Assembly: GCA_030265395.1 (NCBI GenBank)
Contig: JARFYF010000054.1
Location: 22,984,169-23,048,168 of the forward strand
Reading direction: 5' to 3'
Length of the DNA stretch: 64,000 nt
From: Rhina ancylostomus
Taxonomy: Eukaryota
The notes under the pieces are model-generated. The model was not told the DNA's origin, did not search any database, and was given only the letters and a program-made list of their open reading frames with translations. This document shows positions 48,849 through 61,669 of the stretch, one piece after another (within the stretch, counting starts at the first letter, position 1; each line of letters begins with the position of its first letter). Position numbers and translations under genes: made by a program.

Positions 48849-50329
48849 GAACATAATAAGAAAATAAATGTTCTTCCTTCTAAAATGAAAGGCAGAAGAA
48901 ATACCTACACTTATAAGGTATTGGAAAGGCTGATTAGGTTAGATTTTCCATCTATTAAAATATTTCCTTGCAGCGTGCATGTAAAAAGTTGATCCATTGG
49001 TGGAGACCAGATGTGCTCACACCAGGAGATCTGAGACATCTGTATTTTAATGCATCTTAAAAATACCTTGATCAAAAAAATTAGAACTGCATCCACTTTT
49101 TCTCACCGTTAGCTCAATGAAATCAGGATTACTTTCTGTAAAATATAAACTCTGTTTGCTTGGAACTTTTTGTTTATAGTCCTTTTTATTTTAACAGTTG
49201 AGATATGAATTTTAAATTCCCTTGTGAGAAAAGCCTGGTAAATCATTTGAGAAGATAGAATCTGTTACACTTCATGTTATTTTTCCATCAATGTGAAGTA
49301 TAATTTCACTGCCAAACAACCTGAACTTTAAATTGAGGGTCGTTTCTGAGCTAACGAGTATGTGCAGTTGAGAAAGATTGTTCACACTGCACTTGCCATA
49401 CTCCTTAGGATGTCATTATAGCACTTGATCTGAAGCTCTCAGCATTTACAATAAATGGGACCTTCAAAACTTAATACACATGAACTAAGTGCTTATTTGA
49501 GTGCTGTTTTGTTTTGCGCTGATTACTATTTGCTTGAGGTCTAAACCCCCTGATCAATGTGTCAATGTTGTCACAATATTGCTTTTTAATCAAAATCAGA
49601 TTTTCAGCAAGTGTTGCAATTTTATATGACTTTGATACTGACGGTGAAACGTCAGACACTGACGGTGAGAGACCGCCACAATGCCAAGTTTGATCTGGAG
49701 TGCTTCCCGTAAGTGCAGTCCAAATGTGATAATACAAAACTTAATGACATCTGATTTATATTATCAACTTTAAAAGCTTTTTCAGTTGTTGTTTCAAGAG
49801 ACCCCAGAGAACCATAACTGTGAGTTAGCACATGATTTTATCTGTTATTTTCCTTTCATGCACTCATTCTGAAATTCTGGTACACAGCCTTTAAGAAAAT
49901 AAGGTCACAAATGCAAATAGATGGCAAAGCAGATTCTAATGGGAAGATTGTGTCTCGTACTGACTGGAAGTTTGCTGCTTTGTGGTTATCTTGCCTCTCT
50001 CCTACTGTCTTTGGGATTAATATGAAAAGATTAAATCCCGTTTAAAGGAAAAATAATAGGCGTGCTTCCCATATTTTATTTACAGTAAAATTTAATGAAG
50101 GACTGCATAGAACCTTGGATGTTTGGAGGACCCCAGAAGGCTTTGAGGCCTTTAGGTCTGTACCAGTCCCTTGCTGGATCAAAACAGAGCCAACTCTTCT
50201 GTTAAGCTTTCTGCAAGTAGACCTGACTAAATTATATTTCAAATAATTTATCTAACTTTCCTCAAAAATTTCCTCAGCTAATATTGTCCCTGCTCCAGAA
50301 ATTACTGGATTAACTTGCTGACAACTATT

Positions 50330-51340
50330 TTATTTGTGGCATTTACATTTAAAAAATACCAATCGGGATTCACAGAGAATTAATTATGCAAAAGTGGATA
50401 CAGGTCACAAGCTAGGTATCAGAAGGGAGGCTAAGGGCATTTGAGGAGAGTGGTCAGAGAGCATAAGGAATTTAGGGAAGAAGTTCCTGAATGTTGAGCC
50501 TAAACTGCCGATGGCATGCCTGGTGAAAAGAAGGGCAGGTGTACAAGAGTCCAGAGCTGGGGGAACATTATTCAGAGTGGGGAGTTTGCTCAACTGGAAA
50601 AGATGTTACAGAAATTAGAGGAGTGGGTCTTTATGGAATTTCAAAACAGTAAGACTTTAAATTGGAAGTATTGGGAGATGAAGAGTCAATGGAGGCTTGC
50701 AGGGAGAGAAAAGATTGGCTTATTGGCTTTGCTATTAATTAGGGCATGAGTGGCGAAGTAAGGGAGGTCAGTCAGAAGAGTATTGTAATAGGGGAGAGGC
50801 TGCAGATGAATGTGAGAGGTGCAAGGTGGTTGTATGCCATCATTATGATGGTGAAAATAAGGGTTGATAGCTTAGTTTGAACTTAAGTAGGACCCTTGGT
50901 GGCAAACAGACTGATTTCAGCCTGAAACAATGACTGGATAGAGGAACAACTTTGGTCGCAGATGATTGTGTGGACTCTGGTAATAGTTTTGGCCTTTCTG
51001 TTGTTTAACTGAAAGGAATGGAGAACACATTTTACTACAGGTGTATTGGCTGTGATTTGGTATGTAGATTACACCTTAGCAATGGCAGTCCCCTGGACTT
51101 GGAGAACAGATGAGGTGCAGTGGAGGAGAATGACAATTGTGTCAAAGATTGCTGAGAGTTCAAGGTGGAATAATGGATCACTGGTAACAAAAAAAAAGTT
51201 TGTACCTCTCTTCAGGGCCATTTTGGTGGTGGGGGATGAAGGAGACTCAATTGATATGGGAAATATTGATTTGAAGAGGATGCAGGGACAGTTAAATCTT
51301 GGAGGATGGCAGGGACAGAGGGGTTGAGAATGGATTTATC
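50330..51340 (-). mobile_element. Decayed L2 LINE
   Basis: Reverse L2 3' region: tttagggaagaagttcctgaatgttgagcctaa..tacaagagtccagag..gttacagaaattag..gagtcaatggagg (reverse of LHWL)..gtgtcaaag..ctgagagttcaag (reverse of LDLS.AFDT). Confidence 0.72.
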
Positions 51341-52689
51341 CAAGAAGTATGACCAATGTTACACCATAAATGAACAACTGCAAAGAAAAGAAATGTGTAA
51401 AATTTACAACGATAAAAGTTTGGTATAAATTACATTAATTTTACTTTTAAGTTTAGATTATTTTGCACAAAGATGTAAAATGATGTGCCAGGAGGAAAGT
51501 GCTGCTCCACATTAATACAACTGTTGCACATTTGCTTATGGCCTGAACTTTCTCATCCTTGTGTGTACTTGCACAACAGAGAAAAAGACCTTGGCTTGAT
51601 TATATTGCACAAAAGAAGGAAGTATTGTTTGTTGCTTTTGTTTGAATACTGTCTAAAAATATATGAGGTATCAGAATGGAATGGGAACATGATGTGGAAA
51701 AAATATCAGCTATTTCTTCATAAATAATGGAAGCCTGCAGAGCGGCACAGAAATGATAGTGGAAGTGAGACAGATTATGGTGGATGTGGTTAGGCCAGAG
51801 AGTCAAAAGTCTATTTATCTTGCTAGGTTATTTATGCTGATAGTTTTCCTTGAAAAGAATATGGACTCATTTGAGCCAAAAGTGGCTTGATATGAATTAA
51901 TGATGGATGAGAGAATTGCCAGGTTGAGAAATATTGATCGATCACAAGAAGCCAATGCTCCATTGTGGAATCACAACCATATTTTTCTCCCTTTCTCTGG
52001 CCCCTTTGTATATAAGAAGTATAACCTGCTGATATTAAAAGAAATGTCACAAAAGCTGGCATACATCTATTTTATGCCTCATCAATCTCAAAAATGTCTC
52101 AAACTACTTCATCTGCATTGAATGGCAATGGCTTTTACTATGCCAGTAAATTCTGTTGTGAAGAATACAGAGAAATTATACATTCTATCATAGACCCATT
52201 CACAGGTTAACATGAACTATACTTTTGAGATATTTGAGTCAGATTTCTTCTAATATAAATTACTGTCTGACCAAGCTTTGATGTCGATTATATTACAAAA
52301 TCCGTGGTATGATTTTTCTCATAAGCATTTACTAACAACACTCCTCCATGCACCTATGATGTAGTTTATAATTATCGGCAAATCTACAGTTGCTAACACT
52401 GAACCAGAACCAGATCATGTATTGAACATAAAAGATAACAGGAAATGTTCAGTTGCTTTGTTTGTATGTGAAGTGTCTGGTTTGATTGCAAACGTCACTA
52501 ACTGAGTGGAGTAAGAATTGATCAAATTCAAGCTTAGTGAATGAAAATCAATTTGGATTCCCAGTAGGTGTCCTTATTCAGTTCAGTCTTTAAGATGTAT
52601 GGGCTTGGACATGCAGTTTTCATCAAGACTGGGCTCAGTTTTGAAATCTAGGAGAGAGGCGTAACTCGTTGAGTAACACATTTAGTGTG

Positions 52690-53040
52690 TGCCTAAGGTT
52701 AAGTGGGAGAATTCTCAAGGCTGGAACCAAAAAGTTGTAGTTCCAATCTCCAATCCAGAAAGCCTAGGCTAACACTTCAATGCAGCACTGAGGAGGGCTG
52801 CAAGGTTGGATATGCTGCGAATTTGTCTGAGGGGGCTTCATGTGATACTTGCTACCTGAGCTGCATATACAAATCCTGTTCTGCTACTTTGAAGGAAAGC
52901 AACAGAATTATCCTCAGTGCCCTGACCAGTATTTGTGTCTCAATGATTATTTCTGGTTAAACATCATGTTGGCATTTGTGTATTCAACATTTTTAAAGCA
53001 ATTGGGAAGATTGAAGGTGCAAAATAAATGCAAGTATTAC
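52690..53040 (+). mobile_element. DeuSINE, decayed
   Basis: taggctaacacttcaatgcagcactgagg..ctttgaaggaaagca..cagtgccctgaccagtattt..aaataaatgcaagt. Confidence 0.7.
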
Positions 53041-53594
53041 CTTACTTCATGCTGTTCTGATTTATGGTTAATTGTGTCAACTTATGCCAGCAAGGTCCCA
53101 CAAATGTTAATGAGGTTGGGCATTGTTGATTGAAGAAGGAATGTTGGCCATTCAAGGGTCAGCCGAGATTATGAACTAAAGTACTGTGGCTGAATCCAAA
53201 ATATTCTGTTTTAGCTGTGACTGACTTCTCAGCCAATCAGACACATCAATACAGTTTGGAAAATAATTGCTGTCTTGTATTACACTGTAAAACAGCTACT
53301 TGACTGAGATTCTGCAGAGTGCTGACATTTACAACCATCATAACCCAATGTATGTCGGTATTTGTACTGCAACAAATAAAAATATAGAAAGGGAAATCTG
53401 GCTGTGGAGTTGAATTGGTTGATATTCTTAGAGTATTACTGAGGTTTGTAAATTTGTGAGAATTTCTTGCATGGGTATAGTGATCATTGCAGCCATTACA
53501 ATGAATTAATACCTGGTGAAGTAATATATCTAGCCTTCTCTGGTAAATTAAATGAAAAAGTGAATCCCTTGTGAAGTATTATTGACCTTATTGA

Positions 53595-53992
53595 TATTGA
53601 AGATGTGATCTTATTGAAATGTATAGGATTCCTACAAGGCATGATAGGGTAGATGTTGAGGTGTTTCCACTGATGGGAGAATCTTGAATGAGGGAGGCAA
53701 AGGTACTCGATTAGAGGGTGGTCATTTAAAGTTGAGGTGCTTTGGAACTTCTCACAGAGGGTGGTGAATCTGTGGAATTCTCTAGTCCGGAATGTTATAG
53801 ACCCCAGATTACTGGGGGTATTCAAAAAGGAAATAGGTACATTTCTGAGAAATCAGGGAGTTGAGGGCTATGCGGATCTGGCTCAGAAGAGATGAAATCT
53901 GGGACAGAACAGCCATGATCATATTGACTGGCAGGGCAGGCCTGAGGGGCTGAGTCACCTACTCCTGCTTCTGTTTTCTTATGTTCCATGTC
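53595..53992 (+). mobile_element. CR1 LINE 3' end
   Basis: gtgatcttattgaaatgtataggatt (DLIE.Y.I)..cttctcacagagggtggtgaatctgtggaattctcta (FSQRVVNLWNSL)..cctactcctgcttct. Confidence 0.92.
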
Positions 53993-54341
53993 ATTATGTT
54001 CTATGGCCCATGGCCAGACAGTGTTCGCTCTTTCATGTAACCCATTTGAAGGAAGTATGGTAGATTTGGTTTCTTTGATTGGTGGTGTGGATTGAATCAC
54101 ATTGATGTTGCATTCATTGGGAGTTTAGTTTATTTTTTGGACTAAATTTTGTCTTGACAGATGCAAATCTAAATATAGGAGACGAAAAAGTAAAACTAGC
54201 TGCCAACTGAGCATGTTCCCATTCTGAAACCTCTACCTTTGTGTGTATGATGGAAGTAAATCATTTAATTGAGTGTTTACCTGTAAGAAAGACCAGTGTT
54301 TGGGGTGTTAATAGCTGAAAATAGGGAGCATTTGCAGCTAT

Positions 54342-54440
54342 TAATAGGGCACATCAAAAGCCTAGTCTTAACCTCAGCTTCAACCTTGCAGTGCGCAGTT
54401 CAAGCTGAGGTTAAGACTAGGCTTTTGATGTGTCCTGTTG
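54342..54440. repeat. Near-perfect palindromic hairpin / MITE-like element
   Basis: 31-nt perfectly complementary arms at 54350-54380 and 54402-54432, extendable to 39 bp with three G:U pairs on the + strand. Confidence 0.95.
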
Positions 54441-54552
54441 TGAAGAGCATTGGCCAGTTGCTGGGAAGTTGGTTTTGGAACAAGAGGTGGATTGGGACAT
54501 CCCAAGGAGACTTATACTGAATACATAACAGGACAATGCCAGAATTAGGCAA

Positions 54553-54730
54553 GAGCAAGTCGAGTTTATTGTCATGTGCATAAGTACAGGTAGGTACAGG
54601 TTCAGTTAAAAAAACTTACTTGCAGCAGCATCACAGGCACATAAGTGCACTAAGCATACAGAATATAAACTATACAAGACAGTGAAAAGAGAGAAAAAGA
54701 CTGCAAAAATAAGACATTAGTTGAAAAAAA
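54553..54730 (-). mobile_element. Rex1/Babar-like LINE 3' end (second copy starts at 58896 and runs into the gap)
   Basis: aagtcgagtttattgtcatgtgcata..acttgcagcagcatcacaggcacata. The same aagtcgagtttattgtcat start occurs at about 58900. Clade assignment is from memory. Confidence 0.65.
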
Positions 54731-54736
54731 CCATGT

Positions 54737-55345
54737 TCAGGAAATAATCAATAAAACAAATAGAATGTTGGGCTTTCTATCCAAAGGATGAGAATATCGG
54801 GGGCAGAAGTTATGCCACAAATGTACAATGTCCTAACACCACCATATCTGGTCTATTAAGAGCATTTCTGGGCACCACACTGTGGGAAGGGTGCATTTTG
54901 CTTTGTGGAAACACAGCTTAGGTTCACCAGATGATGTTTGGACTCCAAAGGTTAAACTAAGAGGATTCTATTCCTTAAGATTTAAAATTTAAGTGGTGAT
55001 TCGATTGAAGCCTTCAGGATGTTAATGGGAATTGAGAGGATAGCTGAGAGAGATTATTAACACACATTAGTAAATCCAAGAGAGGGTGGCATTACCCTAG
55101 CCTAGGAATGAGGTTGAGAATCTGCAAAGGATTGTTGATGTTTGAGATTCTTCCTTAAATGGCAGTTGATGCTGATTCATTTGTTAATTTTATCTCTGAG
55201 TCATAGATATTCATTAATTAGAAAGATGTTTATTGATCAAAGATATTAAAGGATCTGGAATATTGTACAGCGAGTTAGGTCAAAATCTCATTGAATAACT
55301 GAGATTGAATTCTGTTAAAAGGCATCTGGTGCTTCCATGTTCCCA
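54737..55345 (+). mobile_element. Old CR1 LINE 3' part
   Basis: caaatagaatgttgggcttt..ttctgggcaccacac..gtggtgattcgattgaagccttcagg..agatattaaaggat. Confidence 0.75.
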
Positions 55346-55679
55346 AATTTCTGCAGAGGGACTCTCAGAGTCTGGCTGAGGATCCAAAATGGCTTTATTC
55401 ACCTCTCCAATCTACTTGTTTACCAACAGTGTGACAAATGGCACATGCTTCCCGTGCAACACTGAGATTCAGGAAAAGATATAGTTGATAAATATACTGA
55501 TCGTGATTCATACAAGGCTGTTCTAGTTCTGAGTCCTATACCACCAGAGAGCAGGAAACAACTCCCTTGAAGTTGTATTTTACCTCACTGAAGAATTCTG
55601 AAACTAAGAAAATGATTGATCTGTGGGAAATCTAATATTTAGTTACATTCCTACAATGGCCAATCCTCAAACAAAAGCA

Positions 55680-56560
55680 AGAACATAGACTGCAAGAAGG
55701 AATATCCTGGGAATGCCCAATGGCGTTTTAAAAAGAGACCAGTTAACCTTTGCAAATGTAACCCTTGGTTGGGATGGAAAACTGGAAAGTAAGATTAAAG
55801 GACCAAGAGGACGAATGTGTACAAATCACAAAGGGGATGTTACTGGGCTGGATGATCTGCTAACCATCTAATAGCAAAGTAATACATCGGCAGTGATTTA
55901 AAACAAATCAGATCACTCTGGTAATTGCAAAGATATTAAAATGACAGGAACAATATAAGCAGAAAGGTGATGGATTACATTGAGGGTGAAATTGCAGAAG
56001 GCATATCACAAAATCTTAAAATATGAGAAGCACAGCTTGTCTTCCAGTTTGGCAATTGGAGAAGAAAATCTTGGCCTGTATCCAGACCTCGCCCTCACCT
56101 CCACTCACAGAACTCCCAGACTGATTGAAGATAACATTGGAAACTTATCCCTTCTATCCTGGGGGGGTGGGGGGGGGGGGGGGGGGGGGGGGGGGGCGGN
56201 NNNNNNNNNNNNNNNNNNNNNNNNNNNNNNNNNNNNNNNNNNNNNNNNNNNNNNNNNNNNNNNNNNNNNNNNNNNNNNNNNNNNNNNNNNNNNNNNNNNT
56301 ATCCCTTCTATCCTCCCCCCCCCCCACCCCAAAGATGGACACATCCCACCCTCCCGGCAACACTTACTGTAAAGGAAATTGAAGATGTGGGTCCGAAGGT
56401 GTTAGGAATGCAGGAGTGCCTCGGAGAAAGACAGCAGTGCATAGAGAAATTCAAAGACAGGTTGGAATTGGAATGAGGAGTGCAAGTTGAAAGGGTGAGC
56501 AACAGATACAGAACCATGTTCAGGAGGATGATTAATTCAGCATTTAGTAATTTTTTTTAA
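55680..56560 (-). mobile_element. Penelope-like element fragment, decayed and interrupted near the gap
   Basis: Purine-rich reverse 3' region and cagaaggc..aaaatatgag..gtcttccagttt. 56440-56550 is the reverse of the HFN..HS..LH GIY-YIG tail, by comparison with 62790-63572. Confidence 0.5.
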
Positions 56561-57744
56561 TGGAACCAATGTGGATCAAAATCAACAATGGTGAAAGTGT
56601 GAACACTAATTAAATCATCACTGCACTGATTCTTCATACACTTCTTGACCCTGTTCTGTTCACTGACGTGGCTGCTTTGAAGCCCAGATTAGCGGTGAAT
56701 ATTCAGGAAACCAGTTTACCCACCTATTCCAAAGCTGATTTATTTGGTACTTGCCTTACAGAATGCGTTGGCTGTGATAGAATGTTTTTCCTGGAACCTT
56801 GACTGAAGCACTTTTCACTAAACACCAGAGGTGGAGTCATGATTATTCATTGCTGGAGAAATCATCGCTCCTTGATTTATCACAGTTTAGTTGTAACTTA
56901 AAATCCCACACTGTTTCCAATATTTATCACATCTCTATTTCATTTTGATGGTAGCTGGCAGCACCCTGAGCATCAGTAGCCAGAAAAAACAAAATTCTTG
57001 CAGCAAACACAGTTTCAGCACCCTAAGGATTATATTAATGAATGTTCTTATGCATGGGGTTAACTGTACAGTTCATTGATTTACTACTGTCCTCTTGAAA
57101 GCTCAAGTCCTTGTATTACTGAAGCCAAACACTTGGGACTACATTTTTGTTAAAAAAAGTTTGCTGATACTTGTCTCTTTATATTTCTTGATACGAGTCA
57201 TTTGGTGCTGCATTTGGGAGCTGGCTGGCCTAGGTAGTGAATAACACCATGTCTGTACCGATTACATAATATGGTTGGCTAAGGTAGGACTTGCAGGGTG
57301 CAGGGAGGTCAGGTTTGCTTAATATTGTATCAGGTGAGTCGATGGTTATCCTTGTCCCTCCACACTGACAGATCACTTGCTCCTGGAAGGGTGAGGAAGG
57401 CTCTGTAGTCACAAGGGTTTAAAGAGGCCACCACTTTTATTGAGTCATCAGGGGCCTAGTGAAGATGCACCTTTACTTTGTACAAGATACAGTCAAGACA
57501 ATCTGTGGCCTTTGTTACCAGTTGGCCATCTAAAAACTGGCTCTGTTTAACACTTCCATTAGAGTCCAAAAAATATAGTGCAATAAAATCCAGACAGAAC
57601 CAAATCATGGCTGTTCTCTTCTTGTTAATATGGTGTAATCTCCAGTGGAATTTTCTGGTACTTTTCTGACTTAAGTGCATGAAGGACTAAATGTGCCATC
57701 ATATGGGAAGAAAGGTTTATAATTGAAGAGAGAGTACATTATTG

Positions 57745-58200
57745 AAGAAAGCCATTGCATCTTGTTTGACTCACCAATCCTTTCCCCTTATTCCTGAATC
57801 TTTATTTCTCTTCCAAGTATTTTTGCAATTCCTTTTTGAAAGTTACCAATAAATTCATATTTATCATCTTGTTATTAACTGTTCATTCCATTAGCAAAAT
57901 GTTATTCCTTCCATTGCATCTGATTCATTCCCTATTCACCTTGAATTTATTCCCTTTCATTTTCAACTCTTAAGCTGTTATAAAGAGTTCTTCATTATTC
58001 TATCTAAATCTCTTATGATTTTAAATACCTCTATCACATTTCCTCGCCACCTTCTAAGAGCAACCCCAGCTTCTCCAGTTTGTAACTTTAATCCCAATCT
58101 AGTCACTTTCCTTTGTTCCAGCTCCAAAAGCTTCATATTCTTCTGAAGAGCAGTGGCCAGAATTGAACATAGGCTCTGGTTGAAGCCATACTAATGCTTT
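57745..58200 (-). mobile_element. Old CR1 LINE 3' part
   Basis: ttatgattttaaatacctctatcacatttcctc (reverse of RG..IEVFKII)..gtggccagaattgaacata (reverse of YVQFW.P). Confidence 0.72.
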
Positions 58201-58469
58201 ACATAGCCACAATATTCTGCTTTGTGACTACAATAAATCTGAAATAAAAACAGGAAAACTGGGAACATTCAGTGATCAGGCAAGGTCTCTAGAGAGAGAA
58301 ACAAAGTTAGCTACCTAGTAATTTCTTTGCACAACTCCAAAGAAAAAGTGTTCTGCAGATGAAAATTGGCTTAAGTGAGAATAGAACAACATTGTATTAA
58401 TTTCAGGGATCATGGCGCCTGCTTGGGAAACTTGACTCCTAGTTATTTTGTGGGATTTTAATTTATTTT

Positions 58470-58870
58470 CTTTATTCATTGTTTGGAATTAGGTGTTGGT
58501 TGCAAGGCCAGTATTTATTGCCCATCCCCAATTGCCTTTTAACTGACTGGTTACCATGCCATTTCAGGGTGTGTTTACGAGTTATCCACAATGGTTGGTC
58601 TGGAGTTACGCATTAGCCTGACTGGCTAAGGATGCTCTGAAGGACATGAGTGAAGCAGAGATCTTTTGTGTAGGGTTAGCATAACTGAAGCATTTGAGAG
58701 GATGGATCTTTCACCTAATATTGGCAAGAGGAGGTCCTCTGTCAGCCTTACCACTGTGTATCTCAGAAGCTTTCTTAATGAAGATGAACAATGATGATTA
58801 AAATCACCATTGCCATCAAAGTACCAGCACAGTTTTTGGTTCTTTGAGGAAATTGATGTTTGAAGATTAA
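58470..58870 (-). mobile_element. tRNA-SINE with CR1-type tail (family of 27225 and 42750)
   Basis: gcaaggccagtatttattgcccatccccaattgcc..tggtctggagttac..ctgaaggacatgagtgaagcaga. Confidence 0.75.
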
Positions 58871-58925
58871 AACCTCAAATTTACACAAACTCATAGTCAA
58901 AGTCGAGTTTATTGTCATATGCATA

Positions 58926-59635
58926 NNNNNNNNNNNNNNNNNNNNNNNNNNNNNNNNNNNNNNNNNNNNNNNNNNNNNNNNNNNNNNNNNNNNNNNNNNN
59001 NNNNNNNNNNNNNNNNNNNNNNNNNNNNNNNNNNNNNNNNNNNNNNNNNNNNNNNNNNNNNNNNNNNNNNNNNNNNNNNNNNNNNNNNNNNNNNNNNNNN
59101 NNNNNNNNNNNNNNNNNNNNNNNNNNNNNNNNNNNNNNNNNNNNNNNNNNNNNNNNNNNNNNNNNNNNNNNNNNNNNNNNNNNNNNNNNNNNNNNNNNNN
59201 NNNNNNNNNNNNNNNNNNNNNNNNNNNNNNNNNNNNNNNNNNNNNNNNNNNNNNNNNNNNNNNNNNNNNNNNNNNNNNNNNNNNNNNNNNNNNNNNNNNN
59301 NNNNNNNNNNNNNNNNNNNNNNNNNNNNNNNNNNNNNNNNNNNNNNNNNNNNNNNNNNNNNNNNNNNNNNNNNNNNNNNNNNNNNNNNNNNNNNNNNNNN
59401 NNNNNNNNNNNNNNNNNNNNNNNNNNNNNNNNNNNNNNNNNNNNNNNNNNNNNNNNNNNNNNNNNNNNNNNNNNNNNNNNNNNNNNNNNNNNNNNNNNNN
59501 NNNNNNNNNNNNNNNNNNNNNNNNNNNNNNNNNNNNNNNNNNNNNNNNNNNNNNNNNNNNNNNNNNNNNNNNNNNNNNNNNNNNNNNNNNNNNNNNNNNN
59601 NNNNNNNNNNNNNNNNNNNNNNNNNNNNNNNNNNN
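58926..59635. other. Largest assembly gap (710 N)
   Basis: Run of N. Other gaps begin at 3129, 3730, 12855, 20782, 22041, 30769, 32296, 34102, 44668, 46247, 47008 and 56200. Confidence 0.99.
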
Positions 59636-59722
59636 CCACCCCACAGATGCTCCCTGACCCACTGAGTTCCTCCAGCAGATTGTTTGTTGCTCTAGATTCC
59701 AGGATCTGCAGCCTCTTGTGTC
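59636..59722. mobile_element. Right arm of a Penelope-derived fold-back (10479 family)
   Basis: cccacagatgctccctgacccactgagttcctccagcagattgtttgttgctctagattccaggatctgcagcctcttgtgtc. Confidence 0.85.
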
Positions 59723-59739
59723 CCAAAATAGTTATTTTA

Positions 59740-60100
59740 TTCTACTCCCTATCCCAGGAACAGATGATGAGGTGGACAGAAGAAAAGCTTCAAGGATGTG
59801 CTCAGAGCCTCTTTGAAGTTGCAACGAGCCCACTGTCTCCTGGGGATCTCTGGCCTATGACAGCTCAAAGTAGAGATGGAGCATTTGGGATGGTATTGAG
59901 AACCTTGAGTCTACACATCAGGAGCAGACAGAAGCCCAACATAAAGGACAATAGGAACACATCACCTCACAAACTATGCATCTGCCTGCCCCATCAGTGG
60001 AAGAGACCATGGTTCTCACCTTGGCCTCATCAGTCATCCAAAACCTGTACAATTCGGGTGGCTATAAGTCTTCATACTAAGAGACTGTCTATGAAGAAGC
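59740..60100 (+). mobile_element. RTE-clade LINE 3' end
   Basis: aggtggacagaagaaaagcttcaaggatgtgctcagagcctcttt (GGQKKSFKDVLRASL, cf. GGQRKRFKD.LKASL)..agagactgtctatgaagaag. Confidence 0.85.
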
Positions 60101-61669
60101 GGAACTGTCAGGCTATTTTCCTGTCATGCCTCGATTTGTAAAGCCCCAAATTCCATTAATTGTTTTGATAAAACTGATTTGTGTGTGGCCCTTTGTCAGG
60201 CAGTGTGATTATGAGAACAGGGCATTTGGTTGTGGAGGAAGAGAGAGCACCATGAGGATGCAACACAAATGCACTTCATTGCTGCACAAAAAAGGCACTT
60301 CATGGTTCACAATTGGTAATGATGGCTTGGGAGGACATGGTGTGGAACAAACTTTCACATGTGTCGGCCTTCAAAGATGGGTTTGACTATAGTAAAGCTG
60401 AATATTGGCACAGAAAGGTGAAGGTCCAGAAGTCTGTCTGCTGTAGGCGAGCATAGAACCAATATTTGTAGAAACCAGAGTTGAGAGGTTGCCAGTGCCC
60501 CACTGAAGTACTTACTTGATACGAAATCTGGTTTGCAGCCACATCCTGGAGGGCAGTATTTAAACACCGGAGGTATTTAACACCACAGCGGAACAGACTT
60601 TTCATTCTTTAACTTCCTGTTATGAAATGGGGCACCTCAACCATGTGGTCAACTGAAGATTTAATGTTGGATCCTTGTATTTGATCTAAAACTGAGCCAG
60701 GAATCTAAACAATTTTTTTCAACCATTGTTTATCTAACATTGATAAAGTAGCAGTCAGACCAGTTTATTTTTCTACCTGGACTTAAACTCCCCCAAGATA
60801 TTTTGGTCCAAGTCTGTGCACGTTGCACTTTGCATTCCAACTGGAAAGGCCAAAGGAGCTTTTCCATGCTTTGAAACATCTGTTCAGCCCTGTTTTGCTT
60901 TGTTAACCATGCAGTTGCAAGGCATTCTTACCACTGTTGCTTGGAAAGTGTCCAAGCTATTGTGTGGTGACTTTCGCAATATCTTCTCCCCTCTTCTGCT
61001 ACTTTCTTGACCAACAAAAGGAAATACTTGTGGAGGTGAAGTTTACTCCATGAATAAAATCACCACATTTGTGTTAATGAACATGTCTGGAGTTATCTCG
61101 TGATCCAGAAGCAGTGGGTGCTCATGCCTTCTGCAGGTATAGCCAGCAAGGACAGGCCAGGTTTAAAATGTCAGCTCTCCAACCAAGGAGAGGTTTCATA
61201 TGAATTATCTCATCTGAGTTGTTCTGCCTCTAAATGGGATAAAATAATGAATAGCAGCTTCAAATAGGAAATGGGCTGATGATGAGCAGTACTGATGAGT
61301 ACATTAGACAGGCAACCACCAAAGGCAGTGTAGTATCTTTATAGATGTACCAACTAAGATATTTCTATTTGCAGAGGCCTCTAAAGTATTTCTAAGCAAT
61401 TCTCGTAGATGAACACGACACAAGGAATAAGACTAATGAGCAAAGAAAATGACTTACAAAACACTGATGTCTTTCTTTTTCTGCAGATGTATGCTTGATT
61501 TTAGGCATTCTTTGACAGCGCAACTACTTTTTGGTCAGGCATATCATGACTCACGCAGAATACTGCTCCATCCAATTGATTCTAAATAGTATTCCCAAGA
61601 TTCTTCAATATTCTAGTCAAAAAGAACATTTCCTTTCAGAGCACTCATAGGTACACTGGATACAATCAA

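Noticed and set aside
56146-56330. Poly-G run before the gap and poly-C run after it, giving poly-Gly/poly-Pro ORFs and an apparent inverted repeat
   Set aside because: TATCCCTTCTATCCT occurs on both sides of a 100-N gap, which indicates an overlap or homopolymer assembly artefact.
1910-58200. Apparent excess of CR1 copies in sense orientation to the host gene (about 10 versus 4)
   Set aside because: Small counts and uncertain fragment calls; not distinguishable from chance.
58775-60141. Long ORFs of 248-409 aa in the ORF track (likewise 12520-13132 and 55980-56382)
   Set aside because: Their length comes from N-gaps translated as X; the real flanks are repeat fragments.
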